The notes beneath the pieces were generated by a model. That model did not search any database and had not been told where the DNA came from. It saw only the letters and a list, made by a program, of their open reading frames with translations. This document shows positions 39,337 to 52,000 of a stretch of DNA of 64,000 nt, piece by piece. The DNA comes from the human T2T-CHM13v2.0 reference genome, Homo sapiens: NCBI RefSeq assembly GCF_009914755.1, contig NC_060934.1. One strand, given 5' to 3'. Positions within the stretch are counted from its first letter, which is position 1, and each line of letters begins with the position of its first letter. The translations under genes and the position numbers were made by a program.

Positions 39337-39622
39337 CTGTGCACACTTCTCGCCCGACTGCTAACTTGGTGCACCCTGTTCATTCCACAACTCACGCCCA
39401 GCTGCTGTATGCACACTCCCCTCCCGCCCGCTGAGTCAGTGTGCCCTGCGCGTTCCATCACGACTCATGCACACCTCCTGTGCACACTCCTCTCCCGATT
39501 GCTAACTGGGTGCACCGTGCGCGTTCCACAATGACTCATGCACACCTGCTGTGCATACTCCTCGCCCGACTGCTTACTCAGTTCTCCCTGTACATTCCAT
39601 CACGACTCATGCACACCTGCTG
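39337..39622. repeat. ~71-bp degenerate tandem repeat, 4 copies (A-B-A-B)
   Basis: CTGTGCACACTCCTCGCCCGACTGCT...TTCCA..ACGACTCATGCACACCTG with a period of about 71 bp. Confidence 0.85.
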
Positions 39623-40415
39623 AGCTCCAAAAACACACTGGGCAGCCTCTGTAACTGCCCCAGGCAGAAAGATGCTTTAGACTCTGAAGAGCCAGAAAAT
39701 GATAAACATTTGTCCAATACAGCTGGAGACAGTCAGGAAGAAGGTGTGAAAGATCTAAAAAGAGCATGATCCTTGGAAAGACAATAGACATTTCAGACAA
39801 AGTAAAAATTGTAGATTACTTGGTAGACAGCTCCATTATGAAGCAGCCAGTGAAAGTTCTTGATATTGTGAATTAATCATTTGAGCATTTCCTAATTTTA
39901 TTGCATTGATTGCTAATATTAAGTGAGGCATTAATGTATCATTCCCTCCAAAACAGTTGTTTAAAGTTGAGATAAGTTTAGAAAACATGGCATGTGTCTC
40001 TTTTCCTTGGGGGTTCTCAATGTGCGTTACCTCTAAGAAGTCTTACAGCAAAACAACCTGATACATTTATATAAAGCAAAATACCCCAAACTTTAAAAAA
40101 TAAATATATATTACATGAAAGTTGATTTGGAAATTTTACTTTACTCCATTACACAGTTGAAGTGGCATGCCATGGATGCTTTGGCAGATTTAGGATTCTG
40201 AGATCTCTGAGTATATATCCCTTATGACTATCAAGGAGCTATACTGTAGAGAAGATCTACAAGAAAAAAGTCTACAAAATAACCGTAAAGTTTACATATA
40301 CCTTGAATAACAATAAACCACATGCAGGCCTTTTGAATTCACTGGGATTGGAAGGGCTAAAGGCACTCCTAAAATTCCTAGAGAGCATTAGAGAGCATGC
40401 TTCATTGCACACATT

Positions 40416-40495
40416 CATGTTATTCTGATCACGTTATTCTGATCACATTATTCTGATCACAAGTTATTCTGATCACATGTTATTCTGATCACGTG
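40416..40495. repeat. 14-16-bp tandem repeat, 5 copies
   Basis: TTATTCTGATCAC at 40420, 40434, 40448, 40464 and 40480. Confidence 0.93.
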
Positions 40496-40748
40496 TTTCA
40501 CAACCAAGATGGGAAGCGGCTCCTCTGTCTCTGCTTGGGTTTGTAGTGTGCTTTTTTTTTTTTTTTTTTTTTGCTTTTTGTTTTTAAATCTCTGAGCTCT
40601 TCCCATTTGCAGACACAGATTGGCCCATGTATTTCTCAAAGCAATTTTGGGGCAGAAACATTGTCCAGGGCCCTGTGTATTTGGTTGCACAGGGATCTGA
40701 GTCGGGGAAGCCCTGGGGACCCCAGGGCAGCTGGGCCTGTGTCAGTGA

Positions 40749-41273
<525 letters not shown>

Positions 41274-42333
41274 ACCAGTCTTTCAATATGTATGGCTAAG
41301 GGTGGCTTGCAAGCTGATTTTGGGTGGCATATGAAAAACTTTTAAACATGTATTAAATGCCATCTTATATTTTAATGGGAATTAGAACACTATAATGCAG
41401 GCACATCAAACTCACAAGCCTATGAATAATATAGTTAGAAAAATGCTAAGGAAGAAAGGAAGGGAGGGAAGGAGGGAGGGAGGAGGAGGAAACCAAGAGG
41501 CACAAACACAGCAGCAACAGAAAGTCGCTGTTTCCATCATGCTGAGAAAACCTAACACACATCATAGGAAGGTGATGGCCGGGGCAGAAACTGAAAATAT
41601 GGAATTCAAATAACTACAACTGGGGGAAACTTATATTTGGTCGTACTTTTTTGATTCTGGAGCTTAGCTCTTCCCACTCTCCATGTTCCTTGCCTGTGAC
41701 TTGGAGGAATCATCCAGAACGTGGTCCCACCCACATGCATGGACGGTCAGGCTTCTGCTGGTAGGGAGGCTGCTTCCTCCCAGTGTTCTTGGGCACCTGT
41801 GGCCCCACTGCCCTGGGAACACGGTGGGGAATGAACATGCTAGCCCCCAGGGCTGACCCGAAATGTCACCCTTGCCCTTTTGTGTGTGTGCATGCCTCCG
41901 TGTGAGTCCACAATCGAGTCTCTCTGCAAATGCTGGGCTGTCCTGTACCTCCTGCCCCGCCTCCATGTCTGAGCATTGCCCCTGTGGGAGGAATGAGACA
42001 GGGAGCGGCGTTTAGAGATTGCAGCTGGCAACACGGCTCTGAGCATCCCTAAAGCAGGGGCCAGGGTCTTCACGGCTGCTTTACCTAGGGGGGCAGCACG
42101 ACCCAGTTGACAGGCAGAGGCCAGGCCCCCAGGTTGTGTTTCTGACTCTGCCCTCCCAGGAGGGGGCTCCAGGCTCTGGCTTCCAGCTCCCAGGCAGGTT
42201 CTTGTGGCTGGGACTGTCCCTGAGCCTCTCGGCAAGATGAGAGACTTTGCCTTTCCATCTCAATTGATTGTGAATTAAGGAACTTTGGAAATTTACCTCG
42301 ATTGTAGTGGTCAGATTTTCCTATTTTTCTTAG

Positions 42334-42753
<420 letters not shown>

Positions 42754-42911
42754 TGATTCTTCTCTCATGAAGTGCAACATTTCAAATCTTTGGATTTCAG
42801 AAAAAACAATGCCTTCTAAATTGAATATATGATATCTATAGAATAAACTAATTTGTTCCCTAGCTCCATTGAATCAGAAGCATTTTATACAGTGGCCTTT
42901 TGATAAAAAAT

Positions 42912-43952
42912 TGCTAAAAGAAACAAAACCAAAAATTGGCAAATGGGACCTAATTAAACTAAAGAGCTTCTGCGCAGCAAAAGAAGCCATCAACAGAGCA
43001 ACAGACAACCTACGGATTGGGAGAAAATATTTGCAAACCATGTATCTGACAAAGGTTCAGAATCTATAAGGAACCTAAATAAATCAACAAGCAAAAAACA
43101 AACAACCCTATTAAAAAATGGGCAAAGGACATGATCAAACACGTTCTCTAAAGAAGACAAACATGCGATCCACAAGCATGTGAAAAACATTGAACGTGAC
43201 TAATCATTAGAGAAATGCAAATCAAAATCACCATGCAATACCATCTCATACCAGTCAGAATGGCTATGACAAAAAGTCAGAAGGTAACAGATGCTGGCAA
43301 AGCTATGGAAAAAAGAGAATGCTTATACACTGTTAGTGGGAATGTAAATTAGCTCAGCCAACTTTTCCAAAGACCTAAAACAGAACTACCATTCAACCCA
43401 GCAGTCACATTCCTGGGGGTATACCCACCCCCCACCAAATAAATTGTTCTGCTTAAAAGACACATGCACTTATATGTTCATCGCAGCACTATTCACAATA
43501 GCAAAGGCATGGAATCAATCTAGTGCCTATTGATGGTGGATTGGATAAAGAAAATGAGGTCCACATACACTGTGGAATATAATGCAGCCATGAAAAAGAA
43601 TAAAATCATGTTCTTTGCAGCAACATGGATGCAGCTAGAGGCTGTTACCCTGAGAAAATTAACAGAGGAATAGAAAACCAAATACCACATGTTCTCACTT
43701 ATAAGTGGGAGGTAAACACTGAGTATTCATGGACACAGGTATGGGAACAACACACACTGGGAACACTAGAAGGGTCCGGAGAAGAACAAGGATTGAAAAA
43801 CTGCCAGGTACTATGCTCACTCCCTGGCTGAGAAGATCCTATACCAAACCTCAGCGACACCCAATTTATTCAGGGAAGAAACTCACACATGTTAACTGAA
43901 TCTGAAATAAAAGTTGAGTATCCCCTGAATCTAAAATAAAAGTGGAAAAAAA
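42912..43952 (+). mobile_element. Older primate L1 (L1PA-old/L1PB-like) 3' fragment with ORF2 remnant
   Basis: ORF2-like peptide KPKIGKWDLIKLKSFCAAKEAINR, frameshifted. L1 3' UTR motifs (ATGTTCTCACTTATAAGTGGGAG) ending in AATAAAA and an A tail. Confidence 0.9.
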
Positions 43953-46279
43953 TAGGTTAACTTGTAGATGGCAAAAAAAATTGCCAAAAGAGAAATCTAG
44001 GGGCAGTCTTTATCTGAATATTTAGCAGAGTAATCGGTATTGTCTCATGGATGATGGGGTGAAATGGGACATTATTTCTACTTTGGCCCACACTGCAGGA
44101 GCATGCGGGGGCCTCTGGGCCCCTGGACACGTGGAAACCCTGTGGCAAAACATTTGGAGGAGCAGGAAGCTCACTCAAGGCAAATTTGGGGGCAGCAACT
44201 AATATCATATGGAAAAAGAAGAGGAGCTGGTATAAAAGACGTTTATTAACGTGTGTGCCCGATGTCCTGGCGCCACTGGCTCGCTGCAGTGCTTCTGTCT
44301 GGAAGGTTTTCAGAAAGCAAAGGCACCCACCTCCTCTCCCTGCACAAAGCCGCTTTGAATGTGCATCTTCCCACTGCTCGGATGAAGATGATTTCAAAAA
44401 TGGGAATTCAATTGTGGAACTTTATGAGGAAGAATACAGTTAACATAACTGAAAGCAAGGCCAGCACTCGCTTGAAGGAAATGCAGGAAGAGATTAATTT
44501 GACAAACCTGCATCTCCAGCTCAAGTTTGGCCTTCCTCTGCTCGAGGGGATGTCAGCAGAAAGAAGGGCCCTGGCCCCAGCAGAGAAGTTAATTCATCAT
44601 CATCAAAATTATGTAAATAATTCAAGTCACTTTTTAAAAATAAAGCTATAAAGAGAAGAATACAAACCAAAATATTGCAAGAGGTGACATTTTGCTGTAT
44701 GTGTTCAGATAAGACCAAACGAATGTTGACGTTGACATAAAATAATTCAGAAAGAACAAGTATCAAACACAGACTTTAAAAGTACCACCTTACTGTCAGC
44801 GTGTTTTCTATATTTTCCCAAGTAGCTTTCACCTAGTGGGATTCTATTTATACTGAATTAGGTGGGCTTGCTGTGTGCATACACATCACAGGGAGTGCAA
44901 AGACACACACACGCTGGACACATTAGTGTTAGGTACACAGATTGCAAGTGATTTCTGTTGGAAGTCAATTGGGACTTTGCACAGGAAGGTATTTTACACG
45001 TAAAGAATTTTATGCATTATTGCAACGGCAGCAAAGCTCACAAAAGCCCATTTAAGCCAAATGTACAGAGGGCCTTGTGTGGCCTCAGTGTCACATACAA
45101 TATTATCTCAATGATGTGTCTGTTCTGGACTGAGCTCTGGATCTCAGGGACACAGCATTTGTGCTTTCATCTACCCTCAGCCTTGGCCTCATCCCAGCCC
45201 TTGGTCAGTGCTCCTGGGGTCCACAGGACTGACTGGAGAGGGGTCCAGAGAAATCGTCTCCATCTGCCCCCTTGTCGAAGTTCAGCGGCATGAGAGGACC
45301 CCTCATTCCTGGTGATCAGAGATTGATACTTACTGGCTCATTGCTAATAAAATGCCACCAAGAATCGGGGATTTGTTTACTATATTTAAAGGTTTAAAAT
45401 GTTTAACTATCAGAAGTCCTACCTGTGAGTGTTTATGTAAAATGACTTTATAAGTAAGATTGGGAACAGATGGGAAGAGCTATTTTAGTCAGTTGGTGTG
45501 TCATGAAATTGTGTAGACTCTGTTTCACTGTAAACCCTTCGTTACACTGTGGGGGTGCTACAACGTTACAACATGTTTTCTTGGGAGGGTCGCACTTATT
45601 TAACCTTTAAATTGACATTTGGGGCACTGGTCACTTAGAGTGAGTTCAAATGTCCTGGCTATTATTGTGCATGCAGATTTATTTCTGTAATCTACTTTTC
45701 ATTCACTGACTTACTGAGGTTAAAATAGAACATGCACATTTACCTGTGGCTTCAATTCCACTTTGTTTTACCAGCACTGACTCTGAATCAGTTAATCTAA
45801 GAAGTGACTTCTTGTTTATGCAGGCAAGTGGATGAAAGTATCCTCTACACAAACACACAGGGGCACACAAGGGAACGCAGTAGGTCCTCATTGTAAATCT
45901 ACATGCCCGGTAACCCAAAGCATGAGTATCAACCTGATAAGCACACTTTGTAATTTTCAAATTTAGTTCCGGGTTTTATCGAATGAATAATGTGCTGTAT
46001 TTCATTGCGTTTCTTGATAGCACATCAACTTCCTATTTTTTCTATTCTTCTCTTGGGAAATAGAATGAAAAATTCCCTCACCCCTCGTCTTAATTCATTG
46101 CATTCCTTAAAGATTTTTACCTTGTGCTGTGATTAATAATTATTTTGGAATTCAATGTACTTATTATGTAGATATCTGAAAAATGAAGACGTTTGCCTAT
46201 CTGAATCTAGTTCAACGACCTCTGCATTTTCCTTTAACCCTCAAATCAAAAACCTGTATTACTTAAGCAAGCAAAAGCA

Positions 46280-46465
46280 CAGTGGAGTGTGCCTATACAT
46301 ACGTGTATATTTACCCATATTCATATACATGTGTACACACACACATACACGCACACACAGGTGTGCACATACACACTAAGGTGTCCTATATTCATATTCA
46401 TGTGTACACATGCACATACACACACATGCACACACAGGTGTGGACAACACATGTCACTAAGGTGT
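46280..46465. repeat. Degenerate (CA/TA)n tract with internal duplication
   Basis: ATATTCATAT.CATGTGTACACA...CACACAGGTGTG...CACTAAGGTGT occurs twice. Confidence 0.8.
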
Positions 46466-47422
46466 GAGCTGGGCTGCACGCTATTCAGTATCTCCCTGGA
46501 AACGGGAGCGCATGCCCCTTCTCAGAAGGCCCTTGTGTGTCATGGTCCTATGATGTAGCTTTTACGGCCACTGCTAACACACTGTTTCTGAGACTTCTGT
46601 TTTAACAGCAACATGGAAGAGCTTCCAGCAGTGTCTTTTCTAAGTGGCGATTCGCTCTACATTGCCCAGAGAACATCTGCTCCTGAGTTTTGTGCTCCTG
46701 TCCTCTGGGGACCTGAGCTCTCCCCGTGGCCTTTCTGAACCCACCTGTTCAATCCTGCTCCAGGGCCTTGGTCCCTTCTTAAGCAAAGAACAGCCGGTGG
46801 GGCCGGAGGGACCAGGCTCTGATTCAGGCTTGCTCTCACCATCTCGCTTTCTTCGGTAGCCACTTGCATTCTTTGGGCCTCACTTCCCTCATCCAGGAGA
46901 TAGAGACACAGTTTAGTTGATGGTGTCTTAGGTCCTTTTTACCTCCCCATAAGAGAGTTATGAAGCAGACCTTATCAAACCTGGGAAAAGAACCGTCAGC
47001 GAGAAGTGAGAACGGTCCGCTTGCCACCTGCACAGGGGACAGCAGCCCTTCTTAGAATCACCACGGTTCTCTCCATCTTTAATGAGAAATGGGCACCTTC
47101 CAAAGGGCCAGGAAGGGAGAAATCAAAAGGTGGAATGAAATAAAACTACTTACCTTCTAACCACCCTGTTAGAGGGCACCACGTGGCAAAGACATCAAGG
47201 GGAACCTAATCAGAGGTTAGTTCAATTCCAAAAGTATTTCTCACCCTGGAGACGTGATGGTTTTCTAGCAGTGATGCTACAGGGATGAAGGTGGGATTTA
47301 TGAATTTTCTGGCCCTTATTGAGGTAGAGATAATGTTTCTGGGAAAAGGGCACTGATACCCTAACCGTAAGCTTTAGTTTTCAGAAAATGTTTCCGAAGG
47401 TGAATTTCTGTGGTTTTCTCTC

Positions 47423-47545
47423 TGTCATGGGCTGAATGGTGTTCCCCCAAAATTCATGCATTTAAGTCCTGACCTGTGGTGCCTCACAGTGTGACCATAT
47501 TTGAAGATGGGGTCTTTAAAGAGGTGCGCAAGGTAAAATGAAGCT
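47423..47545 (+). mobile_element. MLT1 LTR 5' fragment
   Basis: TGTCATGGGCTGAATGGTGTTCCCCCAAAATTCATG...GTGTGACCATATTTGAAGATGGGGTCTTTAAAGAGG, homologous to the start of the element at 16134. Confidence 0.78.
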
Positions 47546-48269
47546 GAAAACATACAGCTGAAAAGCGTGCAGCCAAGATTAAAAGCACATGCATGTGCCT
47601 GTGTGTCCTCAGGACTGGGGCTTTTTCTGCTGCTGGCTTTTCAGCTGCACCCATCTCTGCATCTGGCCCATACAGAACCATGAGGTGCACAATTCTTGCC
47701 TGGCTAATTATTCTAACTGTAAAGAGCTGTTATCTGTGTCCTGGTGGTGTCGAAGGACACTCTCACAGGATCAGGTGAAAGCACTCTTCTCCCTGAGAGG
47801 TCAGGGCACATAGCCTGCCTGGTTTATCTTCGTTCCCAAGGGACAGATGCACCAAGCCCCCAAAAGCATCTCCATCAGAGCCAGTCCCCCAAACCCCAGC
47901 AGCCTCGGAGGCTCCTTGTGTGCGCAGCAGCAGGAGGGCCTGCCTGTCATCCTGGGTCCCCGACAGAAAGTGATGATGCTCCTCATTTCCATGGCCAGGG
48001 TCCCACTGTGCTCTCTGCCTCAGTGAGCCACAGCCTGGTGGGGTCCTGGAAGAGCTTCAGGTCCCATAGAGCAATAAAAGAAGAACCAGAGGAAAGAATA
48101 AATTGGTCTGGAAGTTCCATATTCAAAATGGGGGACCCTAGCCACGTCTACCCTTTGTGGGAGAGAGGATGTAACCTAGGGTGGGGGCCACAGAACTTTA
48201 ATAAGCAGGGGTGTCGTAGGGAGAATGTGGACAGCCACAATGCCTGATGAGGGGCCACAGGTACTTGCT

Positions 48270-48405
48270 CTAACCTCTCCACGCCAACGCTGTAAAATGA
48301 AGACAATAAATGTCACTGCCTTGTAGTGTTGTTGGGAGGATTAAATGAGGCAATGCACATGAAGCTGTTAGGACAGGATAAGGGCTCAGTAAATATTAGT
48401 TATTA
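48270..48405 (+). mobile_element. MIR fragment
   Basis: CTGTAAAATGAAGACAATAA...GTTGTTGGGAGGATTAAATGAGGCAATGCACATGAAGC...CTCAGTAAATATTAGTTATT. Confidence 0.7.
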
Positions 48406-48869
48406 ATCTTTAGTTCCTATTGCCTAAGGGCCAAACGGACAATCAGTTAAACAGACGCACTGCACTGATTCACACCTGACTGAGCGCATGGACCCTGCAG
48501 AGAAGGAAAGTCCCAACCAGATGAACCTGCCAGGACATGTCCTCCCTGCATCGTGCTAACCTCAGGGGCCGCGTTAACGTGCTGTAAAATAGATACATCC
48601 AATCTCATGAATTTTTAGTGAATATATTTTGCCTGGAATGTGAGTAAAGGGGCACGTCCCTGACTCCTGAACCGGAGTGGTCTCGCGATGTCACATGGCT
48701 GTGGCACACACGCGGTTCTATTTATTTCTTCTCCATCAAGGGTAGGGGGGCCTCTTTCTGACATGAGCCCAGACTAGAATGTCATTCCTTCTTGCAAAAA
48801 TACATCAGAATAAATCACATGTCACCGCTTCAGAGTCACATGAAAAACACTCGCAAGTGAGTCCTGCAG

Positions 48870-49024
48870 CCCAGAGGAAGAGACGCCCAGGACTCTGCGG
48901 TGGGGGAAGACCCCCTCCCCGCGCCGGGAAGAGACGTCCAGGACCCTGAAGCAGGGAAAGCCCCCCACCACCCAGAAGAGACGCCCAGGACCCCGCAGCG
49001 GGGGAATTACCCACCCACCCGGGG
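48870..49024. repeat. ~49-bp degenerate GC-rich repeat, 3 copies
   Basis: GAAGAGACG(C/T)CCAGGAC at about 48877, 48928 and 48975. Confidence 0.75.
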
Positions 49025-52000
49025 CAACACCCGAGAGAGCAGGGAGCAAAGACATTCACTTCCAGGACAGAAGGCCACGCTGCCGCACTCGTATCCGAAG
49101 TTTGAATGTCCTCAGCCGCAGATGCGTTTTTTGTTATGAGTGACAAGAACGCTGACACAAGACACTAACCTTTCTAGAGGTGCGGGTGAAGCTATCCTGG
49201 GAAACACTAAGGAATCAGCTCATCCCGAACCGAAGGAAGGTGAGAAGTCCCAGGGAGAGAGGCATGAAGGCCATTTCTTCAGCCACACTGGACTACGGAT
49301 AAAATGTTTTCATAGTAAAGAGTACAGGGGCTAACCCCAGAATTCTACTGTGTTTATCAGTGATTACGCATAAATATGTACAAACAGTATACAGCATTCA
49401 ATCTGTTGACTGATTTCCATTTTAGCAACTCGCATTTTTAGTTTCCCTGATGTTCAAGTTTTGAGGTATTACTAAATACTATTACGGGTAAGGATCTCTG
49501 CCCAACTGCTGCAGCCAATATTCCTGTGGCCAAAAATGAGCAGAGCCTAGGCAAGTAGCACATATGACAGAATTTTATTTATTCTCTACAGTGCGGTTGG
49601 GTGTAGCCTCTACATATGTCTCCTGCTTACTTAGTGTGTATGAGAGAAAAGGAACAGACGATAGATTGTTTAGATTCTAGGTGATAGATGACAGATCAGT
49701 AAGGTAGATGGTAGATAGTTGGATGATGGGTGATTGATATGATTCCAAAGTTATCTAATAAGACCAAGAGACATGCTGTCTACATAGAAACAAGGGACCA
49801 TTCACTCTCGGTGACTGTCGCCTTTTCCGTTCCCTATCCGATATCCACAGTATTGAGTGGACGTGGTGCTGCCAGCACCTTCTGTGACTCTATGGATGAC
49901 TCTGTAAATCGTGTGAGACAGATGAGTGTGTATCCTGCTTCACATGACCGACCTCCAGGCAAAGAGATGCCGTCCTTGGTCACGAACGAGGCCATGCTCT
50001 GTTGAGAGTCAGAGTCCTCGGTTTCCCCAGCTGCCTGGATTTTTCATGAGATAGGCAGGCAGCACTTGCCCTGAGCTGCAAGAAGCCAGAGGGTCCTGGG
50101 CCCTGGGCAGTGCCTGGCTCTCCGTAGATGGGGAGCTGGGGACCTGCTTGCAGGTGAGGGAGACTGGAGAGCAGCTGTGCATTCAGGAGGGAGGAGTGTG
50201 GGGAGGAGTGTGTGCATCCCAGTGAGACCTCAGGGGCTCACGCTGGAAGCACAGCAGAGGGGCCAGGGAGAGGGCCCGGGGAAGGACAGCGAGGGCGCCC
50301 ATCTTCAACAGAGACCACGGAGAAGGCAAACCACATTCAGACTTGCTCTCTGGCGTTTTTAGAACATGTTCTAGAGCTTCTGTTCCTGCTTAATCTCTAC
50401 CATGTAGCACAGTGACTGACAACGAAAGGTGTTCAGTAAATGTTTGCTGAATGGACAGACTCCAATTTACATAACTGTGGCTTAAAAATAAACCCGACAG
50501 GGCGCTTTGTAAATGTACAATGTAAATCTGATAATAAATTCTACAACAAGCATGTATTCGTGGTATGCGGCGAGACAATCTCTATGCTGGTTTCTGGGAG
50601 CCCAGAGATGTGGATTTTGGCCCCCATTCTTGAGAAATCCCAACAAAGGAGGAAGCACCACCAGCACCCACACCTGCGGGGAGCCCCGCAGAGCAAAACC
50701 AAGGAAGATGTCTTCTCTGCTCGTCTCGTCACCCCAAAGGTGGTCATGGAAGCCACCTCCAAACCCTACTCCACGCTGAGTGCTGCCCTGTGTAAAAGAC
50801 GACAGCTCAGCCCATCTCTCCACAGCCTCCCCCGAAAATGTTCCCCTCTCCCAGAGAGTTCCGATTATTTAAGAAATTCTTATTACAAAAACGCAATCAG
50901 TTTTCTCAGTGGGTTTTAATTGAGTAGCTATTATGTTTTGATATTGTAGAAAGAATAGAAATGTTCAAACTTAAAGGGGTTTACATTTTAACGGTTTAGT
51001 TTTACAAAGAACTTTCATTTGATATAATAAAGGAAATACAATAGAAATCTATTTTTGTAAGCCCATCTGATGATAATTTATATATATATGTAGTGTTGAG
51101 ATCACGGAAGGTTATTTTTGTTCCCTGTTCGGATTTCATGTGTGTGCCTCTGTATCTCCATAAACAATAGAAGCTCAGGAGGAAGGGCCGCGTCCACTCC
51201 TTTTGCTCATGTCATTGTGATGCCTCACTCTTTGCCTGTCTCACGGTAGGCACTGGAGATAGATTTACACATGAATAAATAAATAAATAAGACTCATGCC
51301 CAATACAGTTTTTGTCTAAAGACACATATAATGTTTAAGGCAAAATTGCAAACAGAGCAGAATTGGATAGCACGCACCATACTTTAAAATCAAGTGTTCT
51401 TTCTGTATTGGTAGCCACATAAAGCAAAATGCAAGAAAGATGAACTTTAATCAGGCACAGGAAGAGACTTGGAAGTTATTCTTTGTCTCTCTTTCCATTA
51501 AAATCCCTTCCTTCACACCAATGTGGTTGTTGTTTCTCTTTTATGATGTAAGAAGATAGATTTTTTTTATTAGTGGCAATGACAAAAAGATTTATTTCAG
51601 TTGGTGTAAAATATGCACAAAGGGAGACTTTAAACAATGATGTTTTGCAATTTTTACAATTAAGCAATTAGTGTTTCTCTCCATACTCTAAAACACAGTC
51701 ACAAACCAACATTCTTTTTCATTGCCTCCCAAAGAATTTGTGCTCTCAGAGGTTTAGTGAAGATTTCTTTCTCTACATGATTTTTGTAATGTTTATATTA
51801 GACTGCTGCTGTTCTAGAGCTGGGGAGTCTTTTAATATTTCAACTTTCTCTATTTGAATAAACGCTTTTGTGCTTTACCTCTTGAGTCTGTCATCCCTCT
51901 ACGTCGTGTGCATATATTAGACATCTGCACAAACACACAAGTGCACATGTTAACGGCATGCCTTCTATTCATTACCCACATACAAGAGCCCCTGTCATGA

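Noticed and set aside
42869-43831. ORFs with L1 ORF2 similarity
   Set aside because: Frameshifted fossil fragment; not a functional gene.
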